DNA of 59,357 bases, filler included, from Sphacelaria rigidula (taxonomy: Eukaryota): the NCBI GenBank assembly GCA_964200075.2. It is 9 parts of 9 records of this genome, joined end to end, with 100 filler letters (N's around TTAATTAATTAA, not from the genome) between each part and the next. Parts side by side here need not be neighbours in the genome. Positions count along the whole stretch, not along the records: positions 13,215 to 19,721 come from CAXNAA020019670.1; positions 19,822 to 26,327 come from CAXNAA020019671.1; positions 26,428 to 32,933 come from CAXNAA020019672.1; 6 more parts are not named here. One strand, written 5' to 3'. The position numbers and the translations under genes were made by a program. Positions 13,501-26,647 of this stretch are shown here, piece after piece (positions within the stretch are counted from its first letter, which is position 1; each line of letters opens with the position of its first letter). Under the pieces are notes generated by a model. The model worked only from the letters and a program-made list of their open reading frames with translations. It was not told the origin of the DNA and did no database searches.

Positions 13501-15171
13501 GATGTGGGAGTTCCGATCCATTCCGCGATATCAAAATGTAGGGCGCGTACGCGAGGAATTAGAAGTGAGAAGAAGAAAAAAAGAGAATCTGAGAACCTCG
13601 CTATTCTTAGGTGGCGAATACACTCTCGGTGTCTCCGGCGGACGCGTAACGCAAGTGTCGTAATCTACCGAACACCGTAGGCTCTGTTTTGGGGGGGGGG
13701 CGGAGGGGGGTTCACCCCAGGCTGTACTGATTCTGCCATTACTCATTGCATGTAGTAGTTTCCTCTCCGTATACTGCAAAAGGGACTATATATCTATCGA
13801 GAGAAAATACTTCAAAAGGGATCGCTAACCTACCTCCGCCCCTGGAGACAAAACGAACAGTTTACACGTCGGACAGCTCATGAGATATTATACCTACAAA
13901 CCCTAATCGAAGAGGACTCTCAGATCCCTTGTCCGAAGACACAAAGCATGCGACAGCAGGGTCCGAGAGGCCGAAGCGCTACCGTTGCGCTACTCCCCGT
14001 GCTTAGCATCCAGGGTTGTAGGGAGCAAATATGGAAGAAGGGGTCAAATGAGCCCGCTCGTGATCCGGATCAGTACACAAATAAAAAGCAACATTGATGT
14101 AGCTCATGACATGTCCGACGAGAAAAACACTTGGAGTAGCTTGGTTGTTCGTGCCATGGGTCATGATAGTTACTATAATAACAGGCCTCTGACATTTCAG
14201 GTGATGTATCCAAAACTTGGCGCTCCAAAACCGTGGTGAAGGATTTTTTTTTGTAACGATCTTGTACCGAAAACGATATATATATATACGTACGTCCGGG
14301 TTCGTGCACCCTTTCTATGATACCACTTGTCTTCGTTGCCCAAATCGTGTGCAGCCACCCATATTCGAACAGAGTGGCTACAATGCGCACCCTGTCAACG
14401 CACGTAGCTTCGATCTTCACCCTACCAACGCACATAGCCTAAACATGCACCCCACCATGAGCGCACTGTAGGGGTCCAAGGCAGAGCTTGGGGTCAATGA
14501 TAGCTATTATCTAGGGTTTGGTTTTGGGTGAGGTTGAGTGCTCGAATAGCTTGGTGCTACCCACGAACATGCAACCACACACAGCGGTGACATTTTGCGT
14601 GGCATTAGCCGATAACGACGGTAAGTGGTGTTGCACAAGGGTGCACGAGAAGGTGCATGCGCACAAAGGTACATGTAGACTTTTCTGGATTCAAGTGAAG
14701 GACGCGGATTTTCTGTTGCGTCGCTTCATCCCTTTGACCGCCAGGGTGGATTATCCGTTGATTTCGCATCCTTTTCGCTTGACGAGTGAACTCAAGACCC
14801 AGATGTCCCACTATGGCGGTCAGGGAGTCTGGCGACCAAAGGGTTGAACAAAAAGCGCAACACACAAAAGCCCCACGGCGAATGTTGTGTTCTGCTGGCA
14901 CTGCACGTGATCACGCTGCTGTCCAAACTTCATACTTGGCGCTGCCGGTTTAGCTGCACCCGTCGCGAGTCCTCGGGGCTGGTGGCATTAAAATCGTCCC
15001 AAGCTCGTCTGCACTCTGCACCGCACAAATGATCAAATTAAACTTTTACTGTTAGTGGTTGATCAGCGCAGCACACTGCGAGAAGATTTCGACGACAATC
15101 CGGGGTAATCGTGCACTAATGGTGATCTCTGTTACATTTTCGAACGGGAAACCGGGCTCTGTGTATGGCAG

Positions 15172-15284
15172 GAGGATGAGCGTCGAACGAAGACCGACGA
15201 GATGAAGAAGCGCGCCATCCACACCGCTGCGAACTACGACGAGTTCAGACACATGGTGTCCTGTGCCCATCTCAAACCTGTCAC
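15172..15284 (+). CDS. CCDC103: CCDC103-like dynein attachment factor, exon with N-terminal domain
   Basis: AG/GT-bounded exon encoding EDERRTKTDEMKKRAIHTAANYDEFRHMVSCAHLKPV, which matches the dynein-attachment N-terminal motif (K.RA...YDEF..V..AHLKP). Phase 2 joins in frame to 18241. Upstream start exon not identified. Confidence 0.85.
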
Positions 15285-18240
15285 GTGAGTGTTGCTAGAT
15301 CCTTCATTGCCGCAGTACATCTCAACCCCGTGACATTTGATAGTCGAAGTCTAGATTACCAACGTCATCCAGCCAGTGCTGGCTATTCGGTCAATAGCTT
15401 GTACGTGCCAGACCGCTCCTTTTTATTATCCGGAAACGTCGCAGAAACCGCCACGCTCATTGCCCGAGAAGAGGGCCACTGATAGGCGAGTTTCGACACC
15501 TCGGAATGACTTTCCTCCACCAATTGGGAGGATTCCGGGGCACCTTCGCACAGTTGAAGTCTTGGCCAGACTATTAATAGAACTTTATGGGATAAACAGT
15601 CAGACTACATCAGGTCGTTTGTTTTTATTAAAAAGAAGAATCTCGTAGGAAAATGACTTTCGGGTCCTATCCGCTAGGTTTACAGCCTGGGCAAGAGGGC
15701 TAGGTAGGCTCTGACACCTCGGAATGACGCGCTCTACTTACTGCTTGAATGAGTGCCTTTCCGAGGCACCGCTGGACTTTCCGGTGGGCGCCCTGGAATT
15801 TTTCGGCCAGAGCAGCGTAATAACTCCTTGGACAAGCGGTCGAAGTTAACAATTTCTCCGATTGCGTTGGAACATTTCCGCACGTTTGGTGTTTTTTTTG
15901 TGTCGTTACCGTAGGCCGCTTCTCATAACCTAGAAAACACCCTGGGGAAAGCCTGGTTTCTTCTAACCTTTTTTCGACCTCGGTTACCGACGAAAACATT
16001 TTGCCAAACCGTAAATTCCAACTGCGGAAGAACTTTTGCGGATTTATCACCAGAATGGGGGCGGAGCGCCCACCCCGGTGATGCTTGCTGCTTGCCATCA
16101 TTTAGTTGGTGTACGAGACAGTGGCTGCTCTACGGTCTACTATGTCCAGAACTGTACCTTTCTTCTTGACTCGTTACCCTTTGGATCCCTCCCCTTACTC
16201 GGGACGAGTCCGTAGTCTCAAGGGATCAACCCATCTCTCACATGGTACACACCTTGCATTTTGGTCTCGCAGATTGGATCGGCACTCCCGCACTCCCGCA
16301 CCGCGTCCATCCTCGTCTAACAAACTCACAGTTGAACAAAAAACTCACAGTCGAACAACAAACTCACAGTCGAACAACAAACTATTTTTGTCCGATACTC
16401 ACGTCCTCACGCTTTCAAGGACGTAAACCCGAAATTGGGAAGATAAAACCCGAACATGTGTACTGTATCTGGCGGGATTCGAACCCGCGTTCTTAACATT
16501 CTCATAAGTGCCACATGCACGTACTGTACCATTCAATACCATTACACCACCGGGGCGCGGCGGCCTCATGTATTTATGTTTGTACTGCACATCTCCGTAC
16601 TCGCATGCACTGTCTGTGCAATTCCCCGACTGTGCGACTGTCCAGCACGTGCTGCGCATTCTACTGCTGTCGTTCTTGCATGTGTACATTTGGTGTACAG
16701 CGATGTACTGCAGCTGTACACACTGTGTACTGTGCCTACTCAGTGGCACTGACTGTATCCTGCTCTTACTGTACCGTGCATCTTGCGTGCGGCGTGTACG
16801 ATGCCCCTTGCTGTCAGTACAACTAGGAACAGAGTACTTTGCGATACTGCAGGTGTTTTTGGTAATCCCCGTTCCTGACGAATTGTGATCGTTTCCGAAA
16901 CAGCCTGCTTATCTTGGCGAGTTGGCGGAAACACATCTCTCGCTGCAATTTTTTTCCCATCTCGGACATTTTTTCTCCCAGAGAAGTACCTATTGAAAAA
17001 GATTTCAGGAAAACTCACTGGAAACACGCCAAACGGTTTTCAGACTGGACTTCTCAGATTAACACACTACACTACAGAAAATCCCTGGTCCGCTCGAGAA
17101 TCAAGCTGTGTGCACCGGGAAGTGCGAAATCGTGATGGAAATTGGATGGTTCTGGTACCGGAAGTGGGTTGACCAAAGTTTATTATGAAATAGAGGTTGT
17201 CGCTGGGGATGCGGAGCAAAGTGGGCTCCGGTGGCGATCTGACACCACGAGTCACGTATGTCCCCCGGCGCGCCAAACACAGTAGCAAATCCCGCTGCGT
17301 GTAACCGTCCAAACATAACACAAACACGCTTCCTTACCATAATACCAATATACCGTAGGTCCCAATAACGTAGACCCTACTGACCCTGTTCACGCGAACA
17401 ACGGAGCCTTCTCGGGTAGTCGAGAAAGTTGTCCCGAGGTTGGTGGTCCCGCTTACCATGCAGCCTATTTTTCGGGCGTATAACTCTACGAAGGGAATAA
17501 AACGGCACTTTTCCGATATATATTCACCGCATTGAAAGCGGATGCACAAAAACTATTTTTCAACCCTGGAAAAGTTTGAGGTGAAGGTACACAACGTTAT
17601 TGGAAGATTCAAATTATATCGGTCAAATTCTTACGCCATGGCGTGGGCATTGGTGGCAAAATTCAGAACTGAGAATAAATCTTGTCATGACCGAAAACCA
17701 GGTGATATACCACATCTTACGAGACATCACAATTTTGCACGATTTGATTTTTTCTGTGAATATTCCGAGTGATCCGCATGGCAATTTTCTTCTGTTTTCA
17801 TGGCTCTGTGCACTAATACTCATCCTTGCATCCCACAAGTCATGGTACATACCGATGATTAGAGTGAACTTTCTCCCACCACGTACCTACACCCTCACTG
17901 GAGCAGCCTACCAAGTCTTGGAGTATATATAGCGTGGACAGTGGCCGTCGTCCTGCTACTCGCAGTGATGGATGTCAGTTTTATTGCCTCATTTTCGGCG
18001 TAGCTGGATGACGGAAGTCGCTGGATAGCGAGTAGTCCTCACATGCCCGAACGAGACCGATAGTGTGTAACCATGTAGGTCTCCGGAACAAGAGAGTTTT
18101 TCTTGTGCAAACTATTTGCGCGCGATTGTCTGCAGTTCGTGTACAACCTCCTTGGCAACAACGTTGCCCCCCACGAATGTTGTCATAATCTCGCAATCAA
18201 CTACTGTTCTTTCCCATCCATCACTGACGATATGAAACAG

Positions 18241-18922
18241 GCGCAAGGAAATGGATATGTTGGCAGATCAGAAGCGAGGTTGGCAAGGACGGTCGGGCGG
18301 GGTAGTGGCAGCTTCAGCCAGAAAATATTCCAGTAGTCGAACCAAGTCATCGTCGAGACGATCTCGTGGATCTGGCGGAACAGAGGGCAGTGATGACACA
18401 CTGGATTCTATTCTCGTAACGCCCACTGATTGTCGCCAGTTTCAGCGAGTTTGGCGACGCCGGTGCGCCACGGATGACGCGCGACGCGATTACCTGCGCT
18501 TCGTTGGAGCCAAGAGATTCGAAGCATTGTTTCGTGTGGAGATGGAGCCGGATTTACTGGGACAAGTGCTCATGACCATTTGCAGTGGATTTCCGTCATT
18601 TTTTTCTGTTGGCAAACCATCCAAGGGAAGCAGCATGGATTCCCAATCCCAAGAATCGGCGGAGGGCAGTGGCCGCTGTGACGAAGGAAACGAGGGCACG
18701 CCACCAGCAACCCAACTTTCTGCGCACCCCGCCATCGAGTGCATGCAGTGGCTCTCTTCGTTCTCTCGGACTGGGCGTTTCAGAATCAACATCAATTTCT
18801 TGGAGAAACGTGAAAAACGCGCGATTGCTGACTTGTTTGAGTGCCTCAGAGCCTTGTTAGTTGGTCATGGCGAGGCCAATGATTCCGCACTTCGCTCCTT
18901 GCAGGAGACGTACTCGCTTTAG
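18241..18922 (+). CDS. CCDC103: CCDC103-like, terminal exon with RPAP3-like C-terminal domain
   Basis: Acceptor aaacag|g, in frame with the 223-aa ORF. PTDCRQFQRVWRR, YLRFVG..FEALFRVEMEPDLLGQVL and FSRTGRFRININFLEKREK resemble the RPAP3_C domain. Stop TAG at 18920-18922. Confidence 0.85.
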
Positions 18923-20758
18923 GTTGAACAATGCCTTTTTCAAGTTCCGCGGTACCGGAAGCGTTCCAGATGCCGCACTCTGTTATTTCTCGACTATACA
19001 GTATGCAAGCTGTACTCGAAACGTACGGCGACGCGTTTAACCCTGAGCTTTGTCGAGGGTGCCCGTCGAGAGCTGATTTGTTGTGAATATAAGGTATACA
19101 TGTCCATAAAGCCCCTGTGCATTACTCCCGTTCAAGATACATGCGGGGAGACTGCGTGCGATGTGGAACTTTCACATCATTCCACAAGAGGACAAATCGG
19201 CCAACATACGTGCTCCTGATCAGTCAACATATTTGTCACTTTTGTGCGTGCAGAGTGTACCGCAGAGAGCAGCCCTTCCCGACGTGGGGCAGTAAGATAA
19301 ACAAGTACCGCTTGAACACGGTCAGCTAACGAATAGCGAGCGAGAGTGCGAAGACCGGGATAAGTATTTCGACAGGTTGTTGATCGTACTTCGAGGTTCG
19401 TATAATAATGATGACGCACAAGAGCGAGGTCAATTAGTGATTGTAAACTGTGATGTAGGTGTGATATACGCACGTGTGGTGGTTGACAGCAGGTCAGCTA
19501 GCAGCAGCACCACCACCACCACTACCACCACCACCAAAATTCTCACCGCATCCAACAGTAAAGTAGTAGCGGCCCGCTACTAAAACAAGAAACAACTTCT
19601 GTTTCGGGCCGTGGGTCACACAGAATATCATATTCTAACCCAAAACAGACAACAGCCGATTTTCGAAAATGGGGTTGAAAAAAAAACGAGGTTCAACTCA
19701 AAAGCCGTGCTTTCCCTGACCNNNNNNNNNNNNNNNNNNNNNNNNNNNNNNNNNNNNNNNNNNNNTTAATTAATTAANNNNNNNNNNNNNNNNNNNNNNN
19801 NNNNNNNNNNNNNNNNNNNNNTCTGCATGCAAGCAGAGGAGGGTAGAAGAGAGGTAGCCGTAACTGAAGTACAACCGTGCCCTCTTCCGCCCCCCCCCCC
19901 CCCCCCCTACTCACCCCTCACCTCTAGACGCCTGGGTTGGCGTCGAGTGGCAACGACGCCGTAAAAAAAAGCCACCAGAACCTAGACGTGACATGTAGAG
20001 ACTGTCACTGGGCATATGCCAGATACCGACGCTAGAAAAAAAACTCCCGAGACCAAGAGCTACATCAGACACGAGATTACCCAAATAGCCATTTGTGTTT
20101 CCCTAGAGTAGATCACAAACCGGGTAGATACATGAAATAACGAAGCAACCCACTTTTCCCCCCTTGCACTACCAGAACTCAGCCCAGACATACACATGAG
20201 GCAACGAAGTAATCCATTTCTTATTATTTTTTCCTTTCTTCCTTTTTTTCTTCTCTTTCTTTTTCCCCCCTACCATATATATATATTTTTTCTGTTATAT
20301 CTTGTTTGCTTACTTCTCCTTTTTTTTTTCTTTGCACTACCAGAGCACAGTCCAGGCATGGACATGCAATATCGAAGCTAATCACTTGTTTTTCTTTACA
20401 CTACCAGAACGCACACCAGATATGGACATTTTAATGTCGAAGTTGATCACTTATTTTTCTTTGCACTACCAGAACACAGCCCGGGCTTAGACATGAAATA
20501 TTTGATGCCGACCACTTATTTTTCTTTGCACTACCAGAACACAGCCTGGACATAGACATGGAATATCGAAGCTGGCCATTTTTCTTATTTGCGATGGGAG
20601 AACACAGCCCAAACATAGACATGAAATATCGAAGCTGACCATTTTTCTTCTTTGGAGTACCAGAACGCAGCTCAAGCACAGGCATGGAACATCGAAGCTA
20701 CCCGTGTTTTGCACTACCAGAACACAACCTGGATATCGACATGAAATATCGAAGCTCA

Positions 20759-21598
20759 CAAGGGTCTGTCGAAAATATATTCCGGGACACGTAGGCCCCA
20801 AGATCGAAACTTTGAGTTTTTGAGCGCGCGGGGGGTGGGGGGGGAGGGGACACCCAGCCTGCTGTTCCCTTGTTTATTGCCGAAGCGTTGGCGGATGCGG
20901 TCGGCTGCCGTGGACACAGATCCTTGGCATGGAGACCGCTGAGATGACGGACAGCTGGCCCCTCCAGGCTCATCACCTACCATGATTACATTCATGGGAT
21001 CATGTTCCGTGTAGTGTGCCTCAACTACCTACCACGGGGGGTGGGGGGGAGGGGACACTCAGCCTGCTGTTCCCTTGTTTATTGCCGAAGCGTTGGCGGA
21101 TGCGGTCGGCTGCCGTGTACACAGATCCTGGCATGGAGACTGCTGAGATGACGGACAGTTGGACCCTCCAGGCTCATCACCTACCATGATTACATTCATG
21201 GGATCATGTTCCGTGTAGTGTGCCTCGACTACCTACCACTAGTAGTGCGGGAAAGTTTGGCGAGGCGTGAGAGAATGTTGCTACTTTGGCTACAGGCTGT
21301 CGCTACCGTGCGGTCGTGTGTTGTACAGAGATGTGTGTGAGCGTTGCCGGCATCCGAGGTCATTTAGACAGGGCGGGCAAGGAGCAGAAGAAAATATACG
21401 ATCTTCGCAAAGCCCGCCAGATTTTTCGGTTTTTGTCAGTGTTGATCGATCTCTTTCAACAATTTCAACAAAAATAAAAAAATAAATCACGAAAAAATAA
21501 CAAAAAAAAGTAAAAAATCATGACAGTTTTCGAAAAATTGGCCTCCGGGAGGAGGGGGGGGCGTGGCGTGTCCGATTTTTTCTCTCGACAGACCCTTG
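20759..21598. mobile_element. Non-autonomous TIR DNA transposon (CAAGGG termini; hAT- or P-like) inserted in the 62-bp array
   Basis: 14-bp perfect TIR caagggtctgtcga / tcgacagacccttg; flanks aagctca and aagctaa (7-8 bp TSD, 1 mismatch); internal ~205-bp tandem duplication. Confidence 0.8.
20830..21239 (+). repeat. Near-identical ~205-bp direct tandem duplication (20830-21035, 21036-21239)
   Basis: Both copies run from a G-run (ggggaggggacac..) to ..actacctaccac with few differences. Confidence 0.95.
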
Positions 21599-23469
21599 AA
21601 GCTAACCATTTTTTTCTTTGTACTACCAGAACACAACCTGAATATAGACACCACACATCTAAGCTAACCACTTTTTCCTCTTCGCACCACCATAACACAG
21701 CCCGTATATAGACAGCACACATCGAAGCTAACCCTTTTTCTCTTTGCACTACCACAACACGGACCGGACATAGACACTACACATCAAAGCTAACCATCCT
21801 TTTTCTTTGCACTACCAGGGAACATCCGACATAGACACGAAATAAAAAGGCTGACCGCCTTTTTCTTTGTATCACCATAACGCAGTCCGGAAATAGGCAC
21901 GAAATATCGAAGCTAACCATTTGTTCTTTTGAATTACCAAAACACGGACCGGGCATAGACTTGAAATGTCGAAGCCGACCACTTCTATTTCCCGAAACCA
22001 AATCGAAAAGCAATCAAGATTCTCGACTATTTCCCCCATATAGTAACAAAGGTGAGGTGTGAAGCAAAGACCATAGCCCAGACATATAAGCAGTGGCGCG
22101 AAGCTTGACCACCTTACGTGCGAATCGAAAATACAGAATATACAACAAGTACAGACGGAATAAGGTTACCTCAACATATTGAATTCACATTGACGTTTAG
22201 ATATCGTGGTGACATACCCAGAGAATTTCACCGAATTCTATTTGGGCGGTCGAAATCTGGTCAGACATTATCTTGAAATTTCCGACATTAGGTGCACAGG
22301 CGTCGAATGAAGGAAATAGGTGGATAAGGCATGGTAAAAACGTCAAGACCTACTGGACGCATGAAACAAACGCTCTGCCAATGACCGACCACATGATCAA
22401 AAAGAAGGATTACCAAGCGGTACGTAGATTTCATGAGATATTGAAGGATAGAAACTGGTACAAAGTGTGGGGGGAACGTTGGTCAAGCTTTCGGCTGCGA
22501 ACATCTACTCGAGAGCATCAGTGGAGAAGCGACACACGTTAAACCGTACATGGAGTGGGAGGAAGTGATGATGTACGGGATATTCCGACGTGTAAGAAAC
22601 ATTTTGTGTCACGGAAGCCGTCCTTGAACCTTATACGATGGTGACAATCTCCCTGGAGGAGAGCAAGGGGGACAGCAGTGGGAGAACAAGGTAAAATATA
22701 CGATCGTGGGACACCTGGATGCTTTACCATGCAGATCGTCTGGTACAAACGGGGGGTACTTGTGTCAAGGGTGTTGGGCTTGGCTTCAGGCTACGAGCCC
22801 GTGTTGGAGGCATTAATTAATGTCGGTGAGCCAGAAAAAGGAATAAAATAGACCAGACCCCCAACGAGTACTAGGATTGGGGTGTCCCAGTACGTTGACT
22901 ACATCCCACTGCAATACTCAGAACAAGAAAGCTGGAGATACTCTCGGAAGAGACCGAGAGAGCAACGGGAAGGAAGGGCGGATGGAGAAGTGAAGAGTAG
23001 ATAGGTAAAGTGTTAGTAGAGCTGGTATTCGGAGTATGATGAGAACAGAGTCAAGGGGGGAATACGATGAAGTAGGACGATACTATTTGACAATAGGAAA
23101 AATAGAACGAGAGGGAGAACACTTCGAAGTCGCGCCAAGACAGAGAGAAAGAGCAAGGAGTGGGAGAGGATAGAGACAAGTGAAGTGTCGGTATGGGTTA
23201 GAAGGGTAGGATGCAGAGTATGTGTAACTAACCAAACAGTAAGTCTAAGACGTAGCCGGCAGGTAGACGGAAGTAAGGGGAAGCAGGAACAACCAAATGG
23301 CTGGAAGGGAAAGGGAAGGGGAACTACCAGCTCAAAGCAAACAGACAAGGACCGAACCGGAAGCGGAATGAAGAAAATCAAGCAAGGGAGAATAGAAGTA
23401 AAGACGACGGAGAGAGAACGCTAGACAAAAGGAAAGTGAGTAAGGAATGATCCGGAAAGGAAGAGAAGT

Positions 23470-26270
23470 TTGAGGATAGGATTGCAGAACTTGTGTGGAT
23501 TCGCCATGAAAGAGCGCAAAAGACTAAAGACAGCCCAACGAATATGTAAGCGCGACCTAGATATAGTGGGGGTCCAAGAGTCATGGGAGAAAGAACGGGC
23601 GGAAATAGGATGCAAAGTTGGAGAGTACGCATGGATAGGTAAAAAGTGGAAGGGGCAGGAACACGAGAAAAGGGATGCAGGGGAAATAGTATTCCTAGTC
23701 AAGGAGTACCTGTGGGACATAATAGAAGTGGTCACCGACACAAAGTTCGACGAGAGAGTATATGGAAAAGGATACCAGGGAAGCGCGGAACGAAGGACTT
23801 TTTCGTAGGGAACATCTACATCCCCTCTGAGTCCAAGAGTACGGTGAGCGATACACAGAGAAAGTTTGGGGAGATAACAGCGGAAGTACAGAAGTACAAA
23901 AGACAGGGAAAAGTATTGTTAGTGGGAGATTCCAATGCAAGGTTTGGAAAGGCAAGCAAGTCAGCGGGATGATAACATTGGACTAAACTGGGAAACGAAG
24001 AAGAATACGAATGGGGTAGACATATCGAAGTTCCTTGAAAAAAACGAGATGAACACGTTGAGCGATAGAGTAAAAAGCCAGATATGCAATGGACTAGACG
24101 GTGCATACAAAATAAATAATAACTCCATTTTTGACTATACAGCGGTGGTATGTGGACGCGGGAAGGAAAAGAAAGTGCACATATGCGCAGAGGACGTGGG
24201 AGCTACAGATTCTTGCCCAATATGGACAGCCAGCAGACGAGAGTTCTAAAAACAGGCGGAGTAGGAAGCTATACAGTCGGAAAATAGATGAACTACAAAT
24301 GAAAGAAAAACAGCAAGAGTTCCAAGAAGAGATGGGCAAAACTGCAGTGAAATATTCCAAGGGCAGGTCGAGTAGAGTATACTCAATACTCAGTATTTTC
24401 GAAGAGTCATAATTTTCGTACTCGAATATTGAGTGGAGTATTTTAGGCCGTACTCGATTGCCTCAAAAATTGAGTAGAGTATGTAGAGGCCGTACTCAAC
24501 CTACTCAAAATTTGAGCAGAGTATTAAGGTCATACCCAAGTGATACTCTATACTCAAGTATTACTGAGAGTACTTACTCAATATTTGAGTAGATGAATGG
24601 AGGCCGTACTCGATCAACTCAAATTTTGAGCAGAGTATTTGAAGCCGTACTCGACCTACTCAGAACTTGAGTAGAGTATTTGAGATCATATTCTATCTAC
24701 TCAAAAATTGAGTAGAGTATTTGAGGTCATACTTAATCTACCCAACTTTTGAGTAGAGTATTTGAGGTCATACTCAACCTACCCGAAAGTTGGGTAGAAT
24801 ATCTGAGGCCGGACCTGATGCATCACCGCTGACTCTCCCATGAAGGAGTCACATGTGCGGCCAGTAGAGTCGCTTATTTTGATAATACCTACCCGACAGT
24901 CCGTCTACTCGATTACTCAATGATGATGAGTAGCGCTTTGTACTGAAAGTGATATCGATGGGGTTAACGGTATCAAGTATGTACTGCCACGGATTGGGGC
25001 AGGTGAGCTGGGGCAGATATGTTCATTCACCTGCACGTTTTATTTTATTTTATGGCTATCATTCACTCATACTCATTGTAGCCCGTGACATACCGCCACT
25101 CATCTAATTGATGGCCATCGTTCGTCCATGTATTCAACATAGTCTGTGAAGTGACGTCTCGAAGTCGCCGACGGTCACGGTTGCTCATCATACCCAAGGG
25201 ATACTCTATACTCAAGTTTTACTGAGAGTGCTTCCTCAAGATTTGAGTAGAGTATTGAAGGTCGCCCTCGATCTACTCAAAATGTGAGTAGAGTATGTGA
25301 GGCCGTACTCGACCTACTCAAAATTTTGAGTAGAGTATTGAGGTCATACCCAAGTGATACTCTGTACCCAAGTATTACTAAGAGTGCTTACTCAATGTTT
25401 GAGTAGAGTATTGGAGGTCGTACCCAATCTACTCAAATATGAGAAGAGCATTTGAGGCCGTACTCGACGTACTCATAATTTGAGTAGAGTAAATACTCGG
25501 GTATTTTACTCGAGTACTCAAAAGTACATACTCTACTCGACCTGCCCTTGAAATATTCCGAGCTGTTGGAAAGCGCAGGTACAATTAACACAGAGATATA
25601 AAATGATCGGGGAGGGGCGCAGCTTATAGAAGGATGGGGGCAATTGGTCAGGACCACAGCACGTGAAGCCATAGGGAACAAAGTAGTCCTATGCAACAGA
25701 GTAGTAAAATGGTGTGGCAAAGAAGTAAGAGAGGCCATGAGAGTAAGGAGATGCCCACGCAAGATGTACATCGGGTAAAACTATGTCAGAGTGGGAGAGT
25801 ATGCTAAAGCTAGAAAGGAGGTTTCAAATATGGTCAAAAATTAAAAAAAAAGGGAATATGGAAAGAGGGAGTTCAAGAATCCAATGGAGCTTTTGATGGG
25901 GGGATGAAGCATATGTGAGTAGGGATACAAGAGACACTGGTGAACAGCTAGGAGATAGATACGGGGATAGCCACACTAAGAGGACAAAACGGTAAAATGG
26001 CTAGTAGCTCGAATACCAAGAGAGAACTACTAGCAGAGCACTACCGGAAACTTGCAACACCAACGACTGGCAGGATTTGGTGGGGAATTCGAGAAATAAA
26101 TCAACGCGTGGGCAGAAGCGCATGTAGAGGCATCCAGGCGGAGAGATAGTGACGCTGAAGAAGTGCAGAGAGAGTTCACGAGAGAGGAAGTGAACGAGTG
26201 TGTAGCTCAACTCAAGAACAGAAAGGCAGCAGGGGCGGATGAAATAGTGAAGGGATTCCTAAAGTACGGG
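23470..26270 (+). mobile_element. Degenerate LINE ORF2: APE endonuclease, linker and start of RT domain (frameshifted, split by a DNA transposon)
   Basis: APE motifs RIGLQNLCG, DLDIVGVQESW, FFVGNIYIP, VLLVGDSNARFG, NTNG, SIFDY; pre-RT motif REFTREEVNECVAQLKNRKAAGADEIVKGFLKYGG at 26163-26270. Confidence 0.9.
24358..25550. mobile_element. Non-autonomous hAT/P-like DNA transposon, 1193 bp
   Basis: 23-bp perfect TIR caagggcaggtcgagtagagtat; perfect 8-bp TSD aaatattc (24350-24357, 25551-25558); subterminal ~41-bp repeats rich in tactc/gagta. Confidence 0.93.
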
Positions 26271-26327
26271 GGGTGTACTCATGACCATGCATGCCATAGT
26301 CATAAGACCATTGACCTCGCATCCCTG
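26268..26327 (-). mobile_element. Family A retroelement 3' end inserted at a GGGGGG inside the LINE (contig end)
   Basis: gggggg-tgtactcatgaccatgcatgccatagtcataagaccattgacctcgcatccctg. Confidence 0.85.
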
Positions 26328-26427
26328 NNNNNNNNNNNNNNNNNNNNNNNNNNNNNNNNNNNNNNNNNNNNTTAATTAATTAANNNNNNNNNNNNNNNNN
26401 NNNNNNNNNNNNNNNNNNNNNNNNNNN

Positions 26428-26581
26428 CCCTTCCCGCAGTTCACCCGCGATGCGACTCGTAGAACACATATAGGCGCTTCGCGCTTGGTGACTGCGAGCC
26501 TGATCCGGCGGAAACTCAGCGTGCTCCGTCCCGGATTTTGAGGGATGCGAAGTGAATGACCTCATGACCACAGCTCCCCCC
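26428..26581 (+). mobile_element. Degenerate family A copy (contig start) upstream of the POR exon
   Basis: gcgcttcgcgcttggtg..gtgctccgtcccggattttgagggatgcg followed by a C-run. Confidence 0.7.
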
Positions 26582-26647
26582 TGTCCGACAAGCACCAACT
26601 AATCCACCCTCGACCTCTGCTGTGTTCCATATTGCCAATCCGCACAG

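Larger units (their letters stand above)
20085..22000 (+). repeat. Degenerate ~62-bp tandem array (about 10 units before and 6-7 after an inserted element)
   Basis: Unit TTTGCACTACCAGAACACAGCCCGGACATAGACATGAAATATCGAAGCTAACCA plus a T-rich linker, e.g. at ~20330, 20400, 20462, 20526, 20710, 21618, 21744, 21807. Confidence 0.9.

Noticed and set aside
20085..22000. CRISPR-like array
   Set aside because: Units are degenerate, linkers are short T-rich variants rather than unique spacers, no cas genes are present, and the context is eukaryotic
24400..25500. CRISPR-like or functional repeat array of 41-bp units
   Set aside because: Fully enclosed by TIRs and a TSD, so explained as transposon subterminal repeats
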